Shown here: positions 20,283 through 27,877 of the stretch, in pieces
Numbering within the stretch: position 1 is the first letter of the stretch
Layout: each line of letters starts with the position of its first letter
Assembly: GCA_963717205.1 (NCBI GenBank)
Contig: CAVQVP010000005.1
Span: 36,261 to 100,260, forward strand
Reading direction: 5' to 3'
From: an uncultured Acidobacteriota bacterium
GTDB lineage: Bacteria; Acidobacteriota; Terriglobia; Terriglobales; Acidobacteriaceae
DNA length: 64,000 nt
The notes under the pieces: generated by a model
What the model saw: only the letters and a program-made list of their open reading frames with translations
Database searches by the model: none
What the model was told of the DNA's origin: nothing
Translations under genes and position numbers: made by a program

Positions 20283-22061
20283 CTACTTGGATTGAACTTC
20301 GATCGCTTCCGCGACGTTCATTGGTCGTCCCGCTTGATTGTCGACTTGAATCTTTCGTCCGCGCTTCAAGTAGGCTCCGATCACTCCGGGCTGGGACCAG
20401 TCTAAGTCCCATCCGTTTTCGATAGCGAGGAGGGTATAAGGACCGGGAACTACGCTGTGCAAACTGAAAGTGCCATCCAGATCGCTTTGGTCGCGGCGGA
20501 ATAAATCGTGGTCGGTCTCCGGACTTTGCGGTACCAGAACCACCATGGCTCCAGCGACCGCCTTGCCAGCTTTCTTCGCCGTTCCTTGTACTTCCACGCT
20601 GCCGCCCACAAGGGTAAGCGAAACGGACGCAGCGGAGCCTGCGGCCAGATTAAGAGTATGAGCTGTGAGTTCGGCGCCTTCGGCTGAGATGTGTGAGATG
20701 GAGTAGGGCTTACCTCCACCCCAGACCGCGACTTCATATTTCCCAATGGCGACCGACTGCAGTTCCGCTTCGCCTTTAGAATCGACGGCTTGAGAAGCAG
20801 CAACCATTCTATTTCCAGAACGTAATCCTACCGTAAGGTGCGGGGGAAGCGTGAGCTCCCCGGGTATTTGCACGGCAAACTTGACGCTGCTGACCGCATC
20901 GCTCTTGGAGGCATCGATTTCTTCTCCGTCTTTTTCAAGATCGACTCCGTTCATTTGAGAGACTGTTTCTCCGCGCAGCCGGACATTATAGCGGCCCGCT
21001 GGAATGCCCGTGATCTCCATGACGCCCGGCCCCACCACGTTTCCGCCACTTCCCTGGACAAATGTCGACGAGCCGTCAAAAGTGGGTTGTTCAAGCTGCG
21101 GAAAAGTGTATCCGTGCTTGCCATCGTCTGCCATGCGAAAGCGCAGACGAAGGGAGGGAACCGGATTCAGGTGGAAGTCGGCCTCCACTCGCTCGCCTCC
21201 GCGAATGGGTATCGGCATGGCGTCCTCGGCTTCCCTCGCATCCGGGTAGTAAGTAATCGGATAGGCGACATCAAGGGATCGATCGATTGCCGCCGGAGCC
21301 TCTGTCTGCTGATCGGTGACTGATTCTGAATCGTTTGAACTCGGCGAGCCCGAGCGTGCGGCTTCTGAAGGAGGGTGAACGGCGTACCACGGCTGGCCGC
21401 TCACTGATAGAAAATAGGTGCCTGGCCTGAGTGGAGTAAATTCATACTCTCCCAGATCATCGGTCTGCGCGCCGCGAGACTGGCGGATCTGATCTACACC
21501 CCTGCTGTGATCGTCGAAATACAGTTGCACCGTGGCGTGGCGAACTGGCTCGCCGAATTCATCGAGTACTTTACCAGTAATCACGGCGTCCGGCGCAAGG
21601 CGGAGCACCAAAGTCTCGGTGTCGAGCTCCGCTCCGGTGACGATTGCGGTGGAATATTGATCATGCTGATCGTAGCTGGCGGAGATGAATCCCCGTCTCG
21701 CTCCTGTCAGCGAATACTTCCCAGCAGGCAGTCCGGTGAACTCAAACCTACCGTCCTCAGCCGTAACGATGGAGAGAAACTTTTTGGGATCGTTCGCGTC
21801 CCGCACGGTAATTCGCGCGCGGGCCAGAGGTCGCCCGCCCGCTTTACTGACTACGGTTCCGGCGATTCTGTAGCCCGAGGGAGGGGCTGCGGTCTGTGAG
21901 GCGGCGTAGGATTGGGCTTCGGGCCTACAAAGAACAACCAGGAATAGAACGATCGCGAAGCAGAACCCGCGACCCAAGATGGCCGCCCGGGCTAAAGCCC
22001 GATTGGTTTTACGCGGCTTACGCGGCGCTGAAGCGCCGCTCTTCCACGGTGATTTACGCAT
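20283..22061 (-). CDS. Secreted carboxypeptidase-regulatory-like domain protein
   Basis: Repeated CarboxypepD_reg-type units (GTVVSKAGGRPLARARITVRD...DGRFEFTGLPAGKYSL). The start is uncertain. I prefer ATG 22061 (MRKSPWKS...) or the downstream TTG. The track start at 22133 reads through the 18-bp tandem array. Confidence 0.75.
   Translation of the reverse strand: MRKSPWKSGASAPRKPRKTNRALARAAILGRGFCFAIVLFLVVLCRPEAQSYAASQTAAPPSGYRIAGTVVSKAGGRPLARARITVRDANDPKKFLSIVTAEDGRFEFTGLPAGKYSLTGARRGFISASYDQHDQYSTAIVTGAELDTETLVLRLAPDAVITGKVLDEFGEPVRHATVQLYFDDHSRGVDQIRQSRGAQTDDLGEYEFTPLRPGTYFLSVSGQPWYAVHPPSEAARSGSPSSNDSESVTDQQTEAPAAIDRSLDVAYPITYYPDAREAEDAMPIPIRGGERVEADFHLNPVPSLRLRFRMADDGKHGYTFPQLEQPTFDGSSTFVQGSGGNVVGPGVMEITGIPAGRYNVRLRGETVSQMNGVDLEKDGEEIDASKSDAVSSVKFAVQIPGELTLPPHLTVGLRSGNRMVAASQAVDSKGEAELQSVAIGKYEVAVWGGGKPYSISHISAEGAELTAHTLNLAAGSAASVSLTLVGGSVEVQGTAKKAGKAVAGAMVVLVPQSPETDHDLFRRDQSDLDGTFSLHSVVPGPYTLLAIENGWDLDWSQPGVIGAYLKRGRKIQVDNQAGRPMNVAEAIEVQSK
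21989..22039. repeat. REP-like element family B, copy 2
   Basis: GGGCTAAAGCCC GATTGGTTTT ACGCGGCTTAC GCGGCGC-TGAA-GCGCCGC. Lies within the 5' end of the 20283 ORF as drawn. Confidence 0.65.
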
Positions 22062-22176
22062 TCGCGGGTATTCATGCATTTGCGGAGATTCATGCATTTG
22101 CGATGGTTTATGCATTTGCGGTGATCTGTACATTTTGCAGTGATCTATGCACTCGCGGTGTTGTGTACAATTCCGC
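22051..22176. repeat. Tandem array of an 18-bp unit (~7 copies, consensus about GATTCATGCATTTGCGGN)
   Basis: Units start at 22051, 22069, 22087, 22105, 22123, 22141 and 22159 and degenerate progressively. Each unit contains an ATGCAT-like core. Confidence 0.85.
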
Positions 22177-22201
22177 CTGTTCTCCGACAGCCTGCCGGGT
22201 C

Positions 22202-23944
22202 TTACTCGCTGCCCTGGGTGATCGGCAACTGCAATGTCACTTTCTGGCCGGCGGCGAAGTGGACCACCTGCCCCTTGGCCTCATAAATCTTCATGGCTTC
22301 CGCATCTCGATATGGAAGATCTCGCTGTTCGCTGCTAAAGGCAATGACGTGGTAAACCCCCGGTGTCACCGTTTGATAATCGAACTTCCCATCTGGAGAC
22401 GCCGAAATCTCCAAAAACCGCCCCGGGCTATCCGGGAAGGGAATGCAATAGACAAAGCCGGGTGGAGACCAACGGCCCGGAGTGGGTGAAGTCGTGGGAA
22501 CACCAAGCAGCATGCCTTCCAGCGCAGCACTATCGTCGCGCAACGTAATATCGATGGGCGTATTCGCGCCGGGCACTACCACCAACGGTTCGCGCAGTAA
22601 ATCTGTCCCGCCCATCGTCGCCGAGGCCACGTAGCCGCGGTTTGCATTTGGCCGTAGCCAATATCGGCCGGGCGCAAGGTCTTCGAGGACCATCAAATCA
22701 TCGTTAGGCCCGGCAGGAGGACGAAGCTGTCCGGCGCTTCGGTGCTGCTCGAAGTCCTCTTCCACAGGCTCAACGCGAAGGTCTAAGTCGAGCCGCAGCT
22801 TTGGCGTGGCGAAGGTTCGCCCTCTGGTGGTAATGCTCCCGGTGGCCTGCCAATTCGTGGAAGTGAATTCTTCTTTAACATTCACGCTGATCGAATTGTT
22901 TCGAGCAAGAACCATGGTGGGACCTTCCGCCGGGGTGCCCGCGACCGTCAAGTTCACCGAGCCGTTCGTCGAGTTCTGTTCAAAGCTCGATGCTTCCACA
23001 AGATACTTTCCGTTTGGCAAACTGCCTTCAATCGCACCCTTTGCCCGGTTGTAACCGAGCGAATACCCGGGGCCGTGCTGTCCTTGAAGCGATACGGTGA
23101 TATTCAATCCCCCGTTTAGTTCGCCGTTGACCACCGGAATCCTTACGGGATAGTAGGGCTGGCGAACCAGGGATATATCAGCCTGAGAAATTTGCCGGGC
23201 CGTTAGCTGAATTGGAGAAGCTCCGGCAAAATTGCTGGCGCCGGGATAGTAAACCGGCGGGAAGCCATAGAGTTGACCGCCTGGAGTCGTGGTTTCCGGA
23301 TCGTTGTCCAACAACTCGCCCGTGAACACTTTATAGGTGCCCGGTTCGAGTTCGGCAAAGCGGAAGTCGCCATTCGAGTTGGTGACGACTGAATTTTTCA
23401 ACGTCCATCGCAGGCTGCCATCCTGCACCTGCCTGAAGAAGAGCTGCACGTTAACGCCCCTGGCGGGATCGGCTGCGGAAACCGTGACTCGCCCTTTAAT
23501 CAACCCCTCGGGAATCAGAGGGATCGTAAGCTCACTTCCGGGCGACGCCTCGACTGCATTCCCTCCATTTTGCCGCTCCAGGAATCCAGGCTTGCGAGCC
23601 ATGAACTGCACGACGTCAGCTGCTTTGGGCAGACTGAATTCGAAATGTCCCTCGCCATCGGTGAACATTGCGTATCGATTGTCAGGAGAGTAAACCAGAG
23701 CGCGGCCAATGGGTTCGTGAGTGACAGCGTTCACCACCGTACCGCGGACGACGTTCGACTGACTTTCAGCTTCCAGATTCTGAGAAAAAGAAAAGTTCTG
23801 CGCGAAGGACTCCTGTCCGCAAGGACACGTACCCGCAAGAAGAATCACCGAGGCAAATATCAGGCGTTGGAGTCTCACACGAGCACGGGCAGGCAGAGCC
23901 TTCAGGCAGGGCGCAGGACCGTTGGCACTTCGCAAGGAAATCAC
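22202..23944 (-). CDS. Secreted carboxypeptidase-regulatory-like domain protein
   Basis: VRGTVVNAVTHEPIGRALVYSPDN...DGEGHFEFSL and further CarboxypepD_reg-like beta-sandwich repeats. N-terminal signal/anchor. Confidence 0.8.
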   Translation of the reverse strand: MISLRSANGPAPCLKALPARARVRLQRLIFASVILLAGTCPCGQESFAQNFSFSQNLEAESQSNVVRGTVVNAVTHEPIGRALVYSPDNRYAMFTDGEGHFEFSLPKAADVVQFMARKPGFLERQNGGNAVEASPGSELTIPLIPEGLIKGRVTVSAADPARGVNVQLFFRQVQDGSLRWTLKNSVVTNSNGDFRFAELEPGTYKVFTGELLDNDPETTTPGGQLYGFPPVYYPGASNFAGASPIQLTARQISQADISLVRQPYYPVRIPVVNGELNGGLNITVSLQGQHGPGYSLGYNRAKGAIEGSLPNGKYLVEASSFEQNSTNGSVNLTVAGTPAEGPTMVLARNNSISVNVKEEFTSTNWQATGSITTRGRTFATPKLRLDLDLRVEPVEEDFEQHRSAGQLRPPAGPNDDLMVLEDLAPGRYWLRPNANRGYVASATMGGTDLLREPLVVVPGANTPIDITLRDDSAALEGMLLGVPTTSPTPGRWSPPGFVYCIPFPDSPGRFLEISASPDGKFDYQTVTPGVYHVIAFSSEQRDLPYRDAEAMKIYEAKGQVVHFAAGQKVTLQLPITQGSE

Positions 23945-24099
23945 TCCTACGTAATCGTTCCCCTGGGGTCGGCCGTGCGTGCGTTCAACAGCGGGTCAGT
24001 CGGTAGCAATTGGACTTCATTCATTTAACTTCTTTGGGCTTTGCCGCGTCAATTACGTTCGTCTCGGTGGTGGGCCAGCTCAAAAAGCACATCCCCGCA

Positions 24100-24153
24100 G
24101 CGGCTACAGCCGCGATTGGTTTGAGGCATTTACGGCGCGGCTGAAGCCGCGCC
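24100..24153. repeat. REP-like element family B, copy 3
   Basis: GCGGC-TACA-GCCGC GATTGGTTTGAGGCATTTAC GGCGCGGC-TGAA-GCCGCGCC. Confidence 0.7.
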
Positions 24154-24243
24154 CTTTCAAAACAGATTCAAACTGACCCGCTTCGTTGCACCATCAGGCG
24201 AACTACGTGTTAGCATTTCAGCAACTGCCCGCGCTGCCGGGGA

Positions 24244-26307
24244 ATGCCCATGGCTCGCACTCGTCCCATCCCGATTTCATGGCTTCCGGCGACCCTTCTC
24301 GGCATCCTTCTGGGCATTCTCCTGAGCGCGTCCGCGCACGGAGCCGAGCAATCTCCGTGGCTCGAAATCCACTCGACCCATTTTAGTGTCATCACCGACG
24401 CCGGCGATAAGAAAGGCCGCGAAGTCGCGTTGCGATTTGAACAGATGCGGGCTTTCTTTGCCACGTTGCTTATGAAGGAACGGCTCAACGAACCGCTCCC
24501 GCTGACCATACTCGCCTTCAAGAGCGACAAAACCTACTACCAGAGCGCGCCCTTGCGGCAGGGCCAGCCCATCAGCCTCCCCGGCTTTTTTGTTTCCGGG
24601 GAGGACCAGAACTTCATTGTTCTGAACCTGTTCGAGGAAGAATCCTGGCGCGCCGTCGCCCACGACTTCGCGCAAATGCTGTTGAACTACAACTACCCTC
24701 CGGTGCAGGGATGGTTCGACGAAGGGCTGGCCGAATATTTCAGCTCGATCCGCGTCGACGATAAGCGGGTGGAAATCGGCAGCGATCCCGGGCTGCAGTC
24801 AGGCTTCAGCGACAACCTGTTGCCGAACCAACAGGACACGCGGAATCCGGGAAAGTCGTTCACAGAGCTGCTCAGCGGACAGGTCTGGCTCACGCTTCCC
24901 GATCTGCTGACGATGAAGCATGACACTTCAACCTATACGGAAGCAACGCGCCATACGCTCTACTATGCCCAGTCGTGGATGATGGTGCATTGCTTAATCC
25001 ACGAAAAAAAGCTGCCCGAGACAGGAACCTATTTTGATTTGGTCGAGAACCATCATGTTCCCGTGGACGACGCCATTCAGAAAGCCTACGGCGTGACGCC
25101 AGCTCAATTCGACCAGGCTGTAAAAGATTATTTCCACTCACTCACGCCGCTGTTCACGGCGCTCGACGCCTCTCGGCAGGCCGCTTCCCAGAGAAATGCG
25201 CCGCAGGTCTACGGGTTCCCGCAGCTCGTGGGACCAAACGACAGCGTGATCAATGCCAAGACCATCCCGGAGACGGACGCTCGCGCCATAGCCGCTGAGG
25301 TGAAAGTGAGAATTCCTGATCGCCGCGAAGCAGGGCTGCAGGAATTGCAGGCGCTCGCCGCCGGACCCGGTCCGGCCGCGGCGAAAACATCCGCCAACAA
25401 AGGCAGCAACAAAGACACCGAAACTGGAGAAAAGATGCTGGTTACTGCGACGGGAAATGAGATCGCCCATCGCGCTCTCGGGTGGGACCATCTGCAGCAC
25501 GGAGAGTTTGATGCCGCACTCGAAGAACTGGGTGACGCTGCCGCCCTCAACCAGCGCGATATGTGGATTCGCTACTACCTTTCGGTGTTGAAGTACCGCA
25601 TGGCGCAGGCGAAGAAAACCGATATCCAGGGCCTGCCTAACATGATGCAGGACCTGCGCGCCGTGCTCGAATGGTATCCCGAAATGGCCGATGCCTACGA
25701 CCTGCTGGCGCTTGCGCGCATGGAAGGTGGTGGACCGGTGGCGGCGATGCAGGCAGAGCGTGCGGCCATGCAACTCAGTCCGCGCAACACGCACTATGTT
25801 TATCATTTGGCGGAAATCTATGAGGCGGATAAAAAGTGGGATGCCGCGCGCGCCCTGCTGGAACGGCTCGAAACCAGTGAGAACGCCCAGGTCGCCGCCG
25901 AAGCCCGCGAGCGGCTGGGAAGGCTTTCAACCGAGCAGAAATATGGCATTTCCGAGGCAGCATCGGCCAAGAAGCTGTCGAATCAGAGTTCCCCTTTCGA
26001 TGTGCTGGAGCAGGACGCAGCCAAGCGCTCCGCCGAACAGGCCACTCACTCCACAACAGCAGACAAGCGCCCCGCAAAGTTTGTCCAAGGCCGGCTGGTG
26101 GGCGTGGACTGCTCGCAGGCGCCGACCGCAGTTCTCACCATCGCCACTGGCGGAGTCGTTTTGAAGCTGCGTACCGCAGACTACAATTCGCTTTTGCTCA
26201 TTGGCGCTGACTCGTTCTCGTGCGCCTGGAATAACCGCTCGGTCTCGGTGAACTACAAACCCGGTGGATTGTCGGATGGGGATTTGCTGTCGGTGGAAGT
26301 GCGGTGA
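24244..26307 (+). CDS. Secreted protein: degenerate MA-type/DUF1570-like peptidase fold plus C-terminal TPR repeats
   Basis: Signal-like N-terminus. VAHDFAQMLL...GWFDEGLAEYF resembles the HExxH...EGLAEY core of peptidase-MA-like proteins, but with HDxxQ. TPR-like repeats in the C-terminal half. Confidence 0.75.
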   Translation: MPMARTRPIPISWLPATLLGILLGILLSASAHGAEQSPWLEIHSTHFSVITDAGDKKGREVALRFEQMRAFFATLLMKERLNEPLPLTILAFKSDKTYYQSAPLRQGQPISLPGFFVSGEDQNFIVLNLFEEESWRAVAHDFAQMLLNYNYPPVQGWFDEGLAEYFSSIRVDDKRVEIGSDPGLQSGFSDNLLPNQQDTRNPGKSFTELLSGQVWLTLPDLLTMKHDTSTYTEATRHTLYYAQSWMMVHCLIHEKKLPETGTYFDLVENHHVPVDDAIQKAYGVTPAQFDQAVKDYFHSLTPLFTALDASRQAASQRNAPQVYGFPQLVGPNDSVINAKTIPETDARAIAAEVKVRIPDRREAGLQELQALAAGPGPAAAKTSANKGSNKDTETGEKMLVTATGNEIAHRALGWDHLQHGEFDAALEELGDAAALNQRDMWIRYYLSVLKYRMAQAKKTDIQGLPNMMQDLRAVLEWYPEMADAYDLLALARMEGGGPVAAMQAERAAMQLSPRNTHYVYHLAEIYEADKKWDAARALLERLETSENAQVAAEARERLGRLSTEQKYGISEAASAKKLSNQSSPFDVLEQDAAKRSAEQATHSTTADKRPAKFVQGRLVGVDCSQAPTAVLTIATGGVVLKLRTADYNSLLLIGADSFSCAWNNRSVSVNYKPGGLSDGDLLSVEVR

Positions 26308-26337
26308 AGCGACTTTATTCCCGACACCCTCACTATT

Positions 26338-26387
26338 TTGTCATTCCGGCCGGAGTCGGACCCTGAGCGAAGTCGAAGGAAACCTGC
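26338..26387 (-). repeat. REP-like element family A, copy 3 (inverted orientation, longer variant)
   Basis: TTGTCATTCCGGCCGGAG...GAAGGAAACCTGC is the reverse complement of the family A ends. Confidence 0.7.
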
Positions 26388-26465
26388 CGTTGTCCGGCAG
26401 ATGATCGGAAGAAAGGCGCGGAACGAACCAGCCGACTCTAGCCTCGGAGGGCGGCATACAGTAGC

Positions 26466-26647
26466 CCCGGACATAAGAGTCTGTGTGAGAACTAGCTGTT
26501 AAGATTTCGAGTGAAACTCCGCGGGGATCTCAGCCGCGAAGCGGCGTCAGAATGCAGCCCACGGCGTAAGCCGTGGGTAGTAAGTGGGAAGGGACCAAGC
26601 CCCGGAGGGGCGAAAGACTAGTACTCACACAGACTCGTAAGTCCGGG
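26466..26647. other. Long imperfect inverted repeat (about a 30-bp stem) enclosing ~120 nt of GC-rich small hairpins; possible structured RNA or composite REP
   Basis: Arm 26467-26489, CCGGACATAAGAGTCTGTGTGAG, matches the reverse complement of 26624-26646, CTCACACAGACTCGTAAGTCCGG, with 2 mismatches. Five more pairs lie inside the arms (26491-26495 / 26618-26622). Internal hairpins include CCGC-gaa-GCGG, CCCACGGC-gtaa-GCCGTGGG and GCCCC-gga-GGGGC. Confidence 0.6.
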
Positions 26648-26769
26648 TAAGCCAAGAAAGCAGGAGCCGAGTCCCGGAGGGATGGCACCAGATAGGAACC
26701 CCTGAGCGGCACTCGGACCCTCTAACGAACCTCAATTAAGGTGTCACTCATGAAGTTTGCGGTGCTACA

Positions 26770-27054
26770 GTGGTTGCGATTCCCCCCGGTGTAAAGGACG
26801 GAAACGGCAAGGGCACGACGTCCCGCTCCCAGTCTATGAACACAAAGCAGCAAATTATCGGCCGGGTTCGCCAAATTGATGACCTAAGGGCTCAGGTCTT
26901 GCAGCACTGGTCGATGGTTCAGCAGTCCGTGAAAAAAGGTGACATTGACGCCGCCATCCCACTACTTAATGCGTACTTCGCCTTGCAAGTTAAGCTTGAC
27001 GGGGTCGAATCCGGCCTTAGGAGCATGCTGAAAGGGCAATTCTCGGATAAATAA
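26770..27054 (+). CDS. Small helical protein, first gene of the TIR operon (function unknown)
   Basis: ORF of 94 aa from GTG 26770, or 72 aa from ATG 26836. Predicted helical (IIGRVRQIDDLRAQVLQHWSMVQQSVKKG...). Its stop TAA at 27052-27054 is followed 1 nt later by the GTG of the TIR gene. Confidence 0.5.
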   Translation: MVAIPPGVKDGNGKGTTSRSQSMNTKQQIIGRVRQIDDLRAQVLQHWSMVQQSVKKGDIDAAIPLLNAYFALQVKLDGVESGLRSMLKGQFSDK

Positions 27055-27055
27055 C

Positions 27056-27877
27056 GTGAGCGCCCTTCCACAACGAGCGGACACGGCTAGTCTCCTGCGA
27101 TGGGTAGCAACCCACCCGAACAAACCCTTTGACCCGACGATGGTTGTATCCCTGAGCACAGGCCACACCTCCGATTGGGAGTGGCAAGCCGTCCTAGCGC
27201 AAATGGAGGATCTGAACCGGCAGGCCTACATCATGAGGCTGAGGCAAGACCCCACAGGCGCAACATACTGGGCCATCTCTCAAAAAGGAGAGAATTACCT
27301 GCGGGCATTGGAGCGCTTTCAATCCGAAGGGCCGGAACCCCGCGACGTGACTGGGGATAAGGCCGCCGCCCCTTCGGATGAGTGGGACGTTTTCATTTCC
27401 CATGCGAGCGAGGACAAGAACGCGATCGCGAGGCCACTCGCCGAAGCCTTACGTGCCAAGGGGCTGCGCGTTTGGTACGACGAGTTTTCGCTCTCCGTCG
27501 GGGACAGCTTACGTAAGAAGATTGACCAGGGACTCGCGAATTCTCGCTTTGGCATTGTCATCTTGAGCCGTCACTTTTTTGAAAAACATTGGCCAGAACA
27601 GGAACTGAACGGACTAGCGACCCGCGAGGTGGGGGGACAGAAAGTCATCCTGCCTGTCTGGCACGGGGTCGGCTTCGACGAAGTGCGGAAGTATTCACCA
27701 ACACTAGCGGACAGAATCGCCGTGAGTACGGACAGGGGCTTGCCGCACATAGTGGAAGAACTTCTGAGGGCGATGGAGAAATCCCCAATCACCAACCGCC
27801 CTCGGAGGGCGTGTCCTCTAATAAGGGCGACTCGACGGCAAGCCTACCGGGGTCGGGGGTTGCGATTCCAAGCCTAA
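27056..27877 (+). CDS. wHTH-like N-terminal domain fused to a TIR domain
   Basis: TIR_2-type motifs: WDVFISHASEDK, GLRVWYDEFSLSVGDSL, FGIVILSRHFFEKHWPEQEL (conserved Glu), VILPVWHGV. The N-terminal ~100 aa look winged-helix-like (YIMRLRQDPTGATYWAISQKGENYLRAL). The last ~30 aa (ITNRPRRACPLIRATRRQAYRGRGLRFQA) look like out-of-frame sequence. Confidence 0.85.
   Translation: MSALPQRADTASLLRWVATHPNKPFDPTMVVSLSTGHTSDWEWQAVLAQMEDLNRQAYIMRLRQDPTGATYWAISQKGENYLRALERFQSEGPEPRDVTGDKAAAPSDEWDVFISHASEDKNAIARPLAEALRAKGLRVWYDEFSLSVGDSLRKKIDQGLANSRFGIVILSRHFFEKHWPEQELNGLATREVGGQKVILPVWHGVGFDEVRKYSPTLADRIAVSTDRGLPHIVEELLRAMEKSPITNRPRRACPLIRATRRQAYRGRGLRFQA

Noticed and set aside
22051-22176. Tandem array considered as a CRISPR array
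   Set aside because: The units are contiguous 18-mers with no unique spacers, the repeats are too short, and no cas genes are nearby.
26620-26700. Local resemblance to RNase P RNA (AAGTCCGGG) and SRP RNA (GTCCGG..AAG..AAGCAG) conserved cores
   Set aside because: Only a 9-10-nt match. The complementary P4 strand (ACAGAA.CCGGCTTA-type) is absent for RNase P, and the GGAA tetraloop and symmetric-loop context is absent for SRP. The surrounding sequence does not fit either consensus on either strand.
26530-26712. 60-aa minus-strand ORF in the structured spacer upstream of the TIR operon
   Set aside because: Its translation (..PSLRDS..SPLRG..PTAYAVGCILTPLRG) is the kind of text produced by reading through GC hairpin repeats. 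The region is better explained as non-coding structure.
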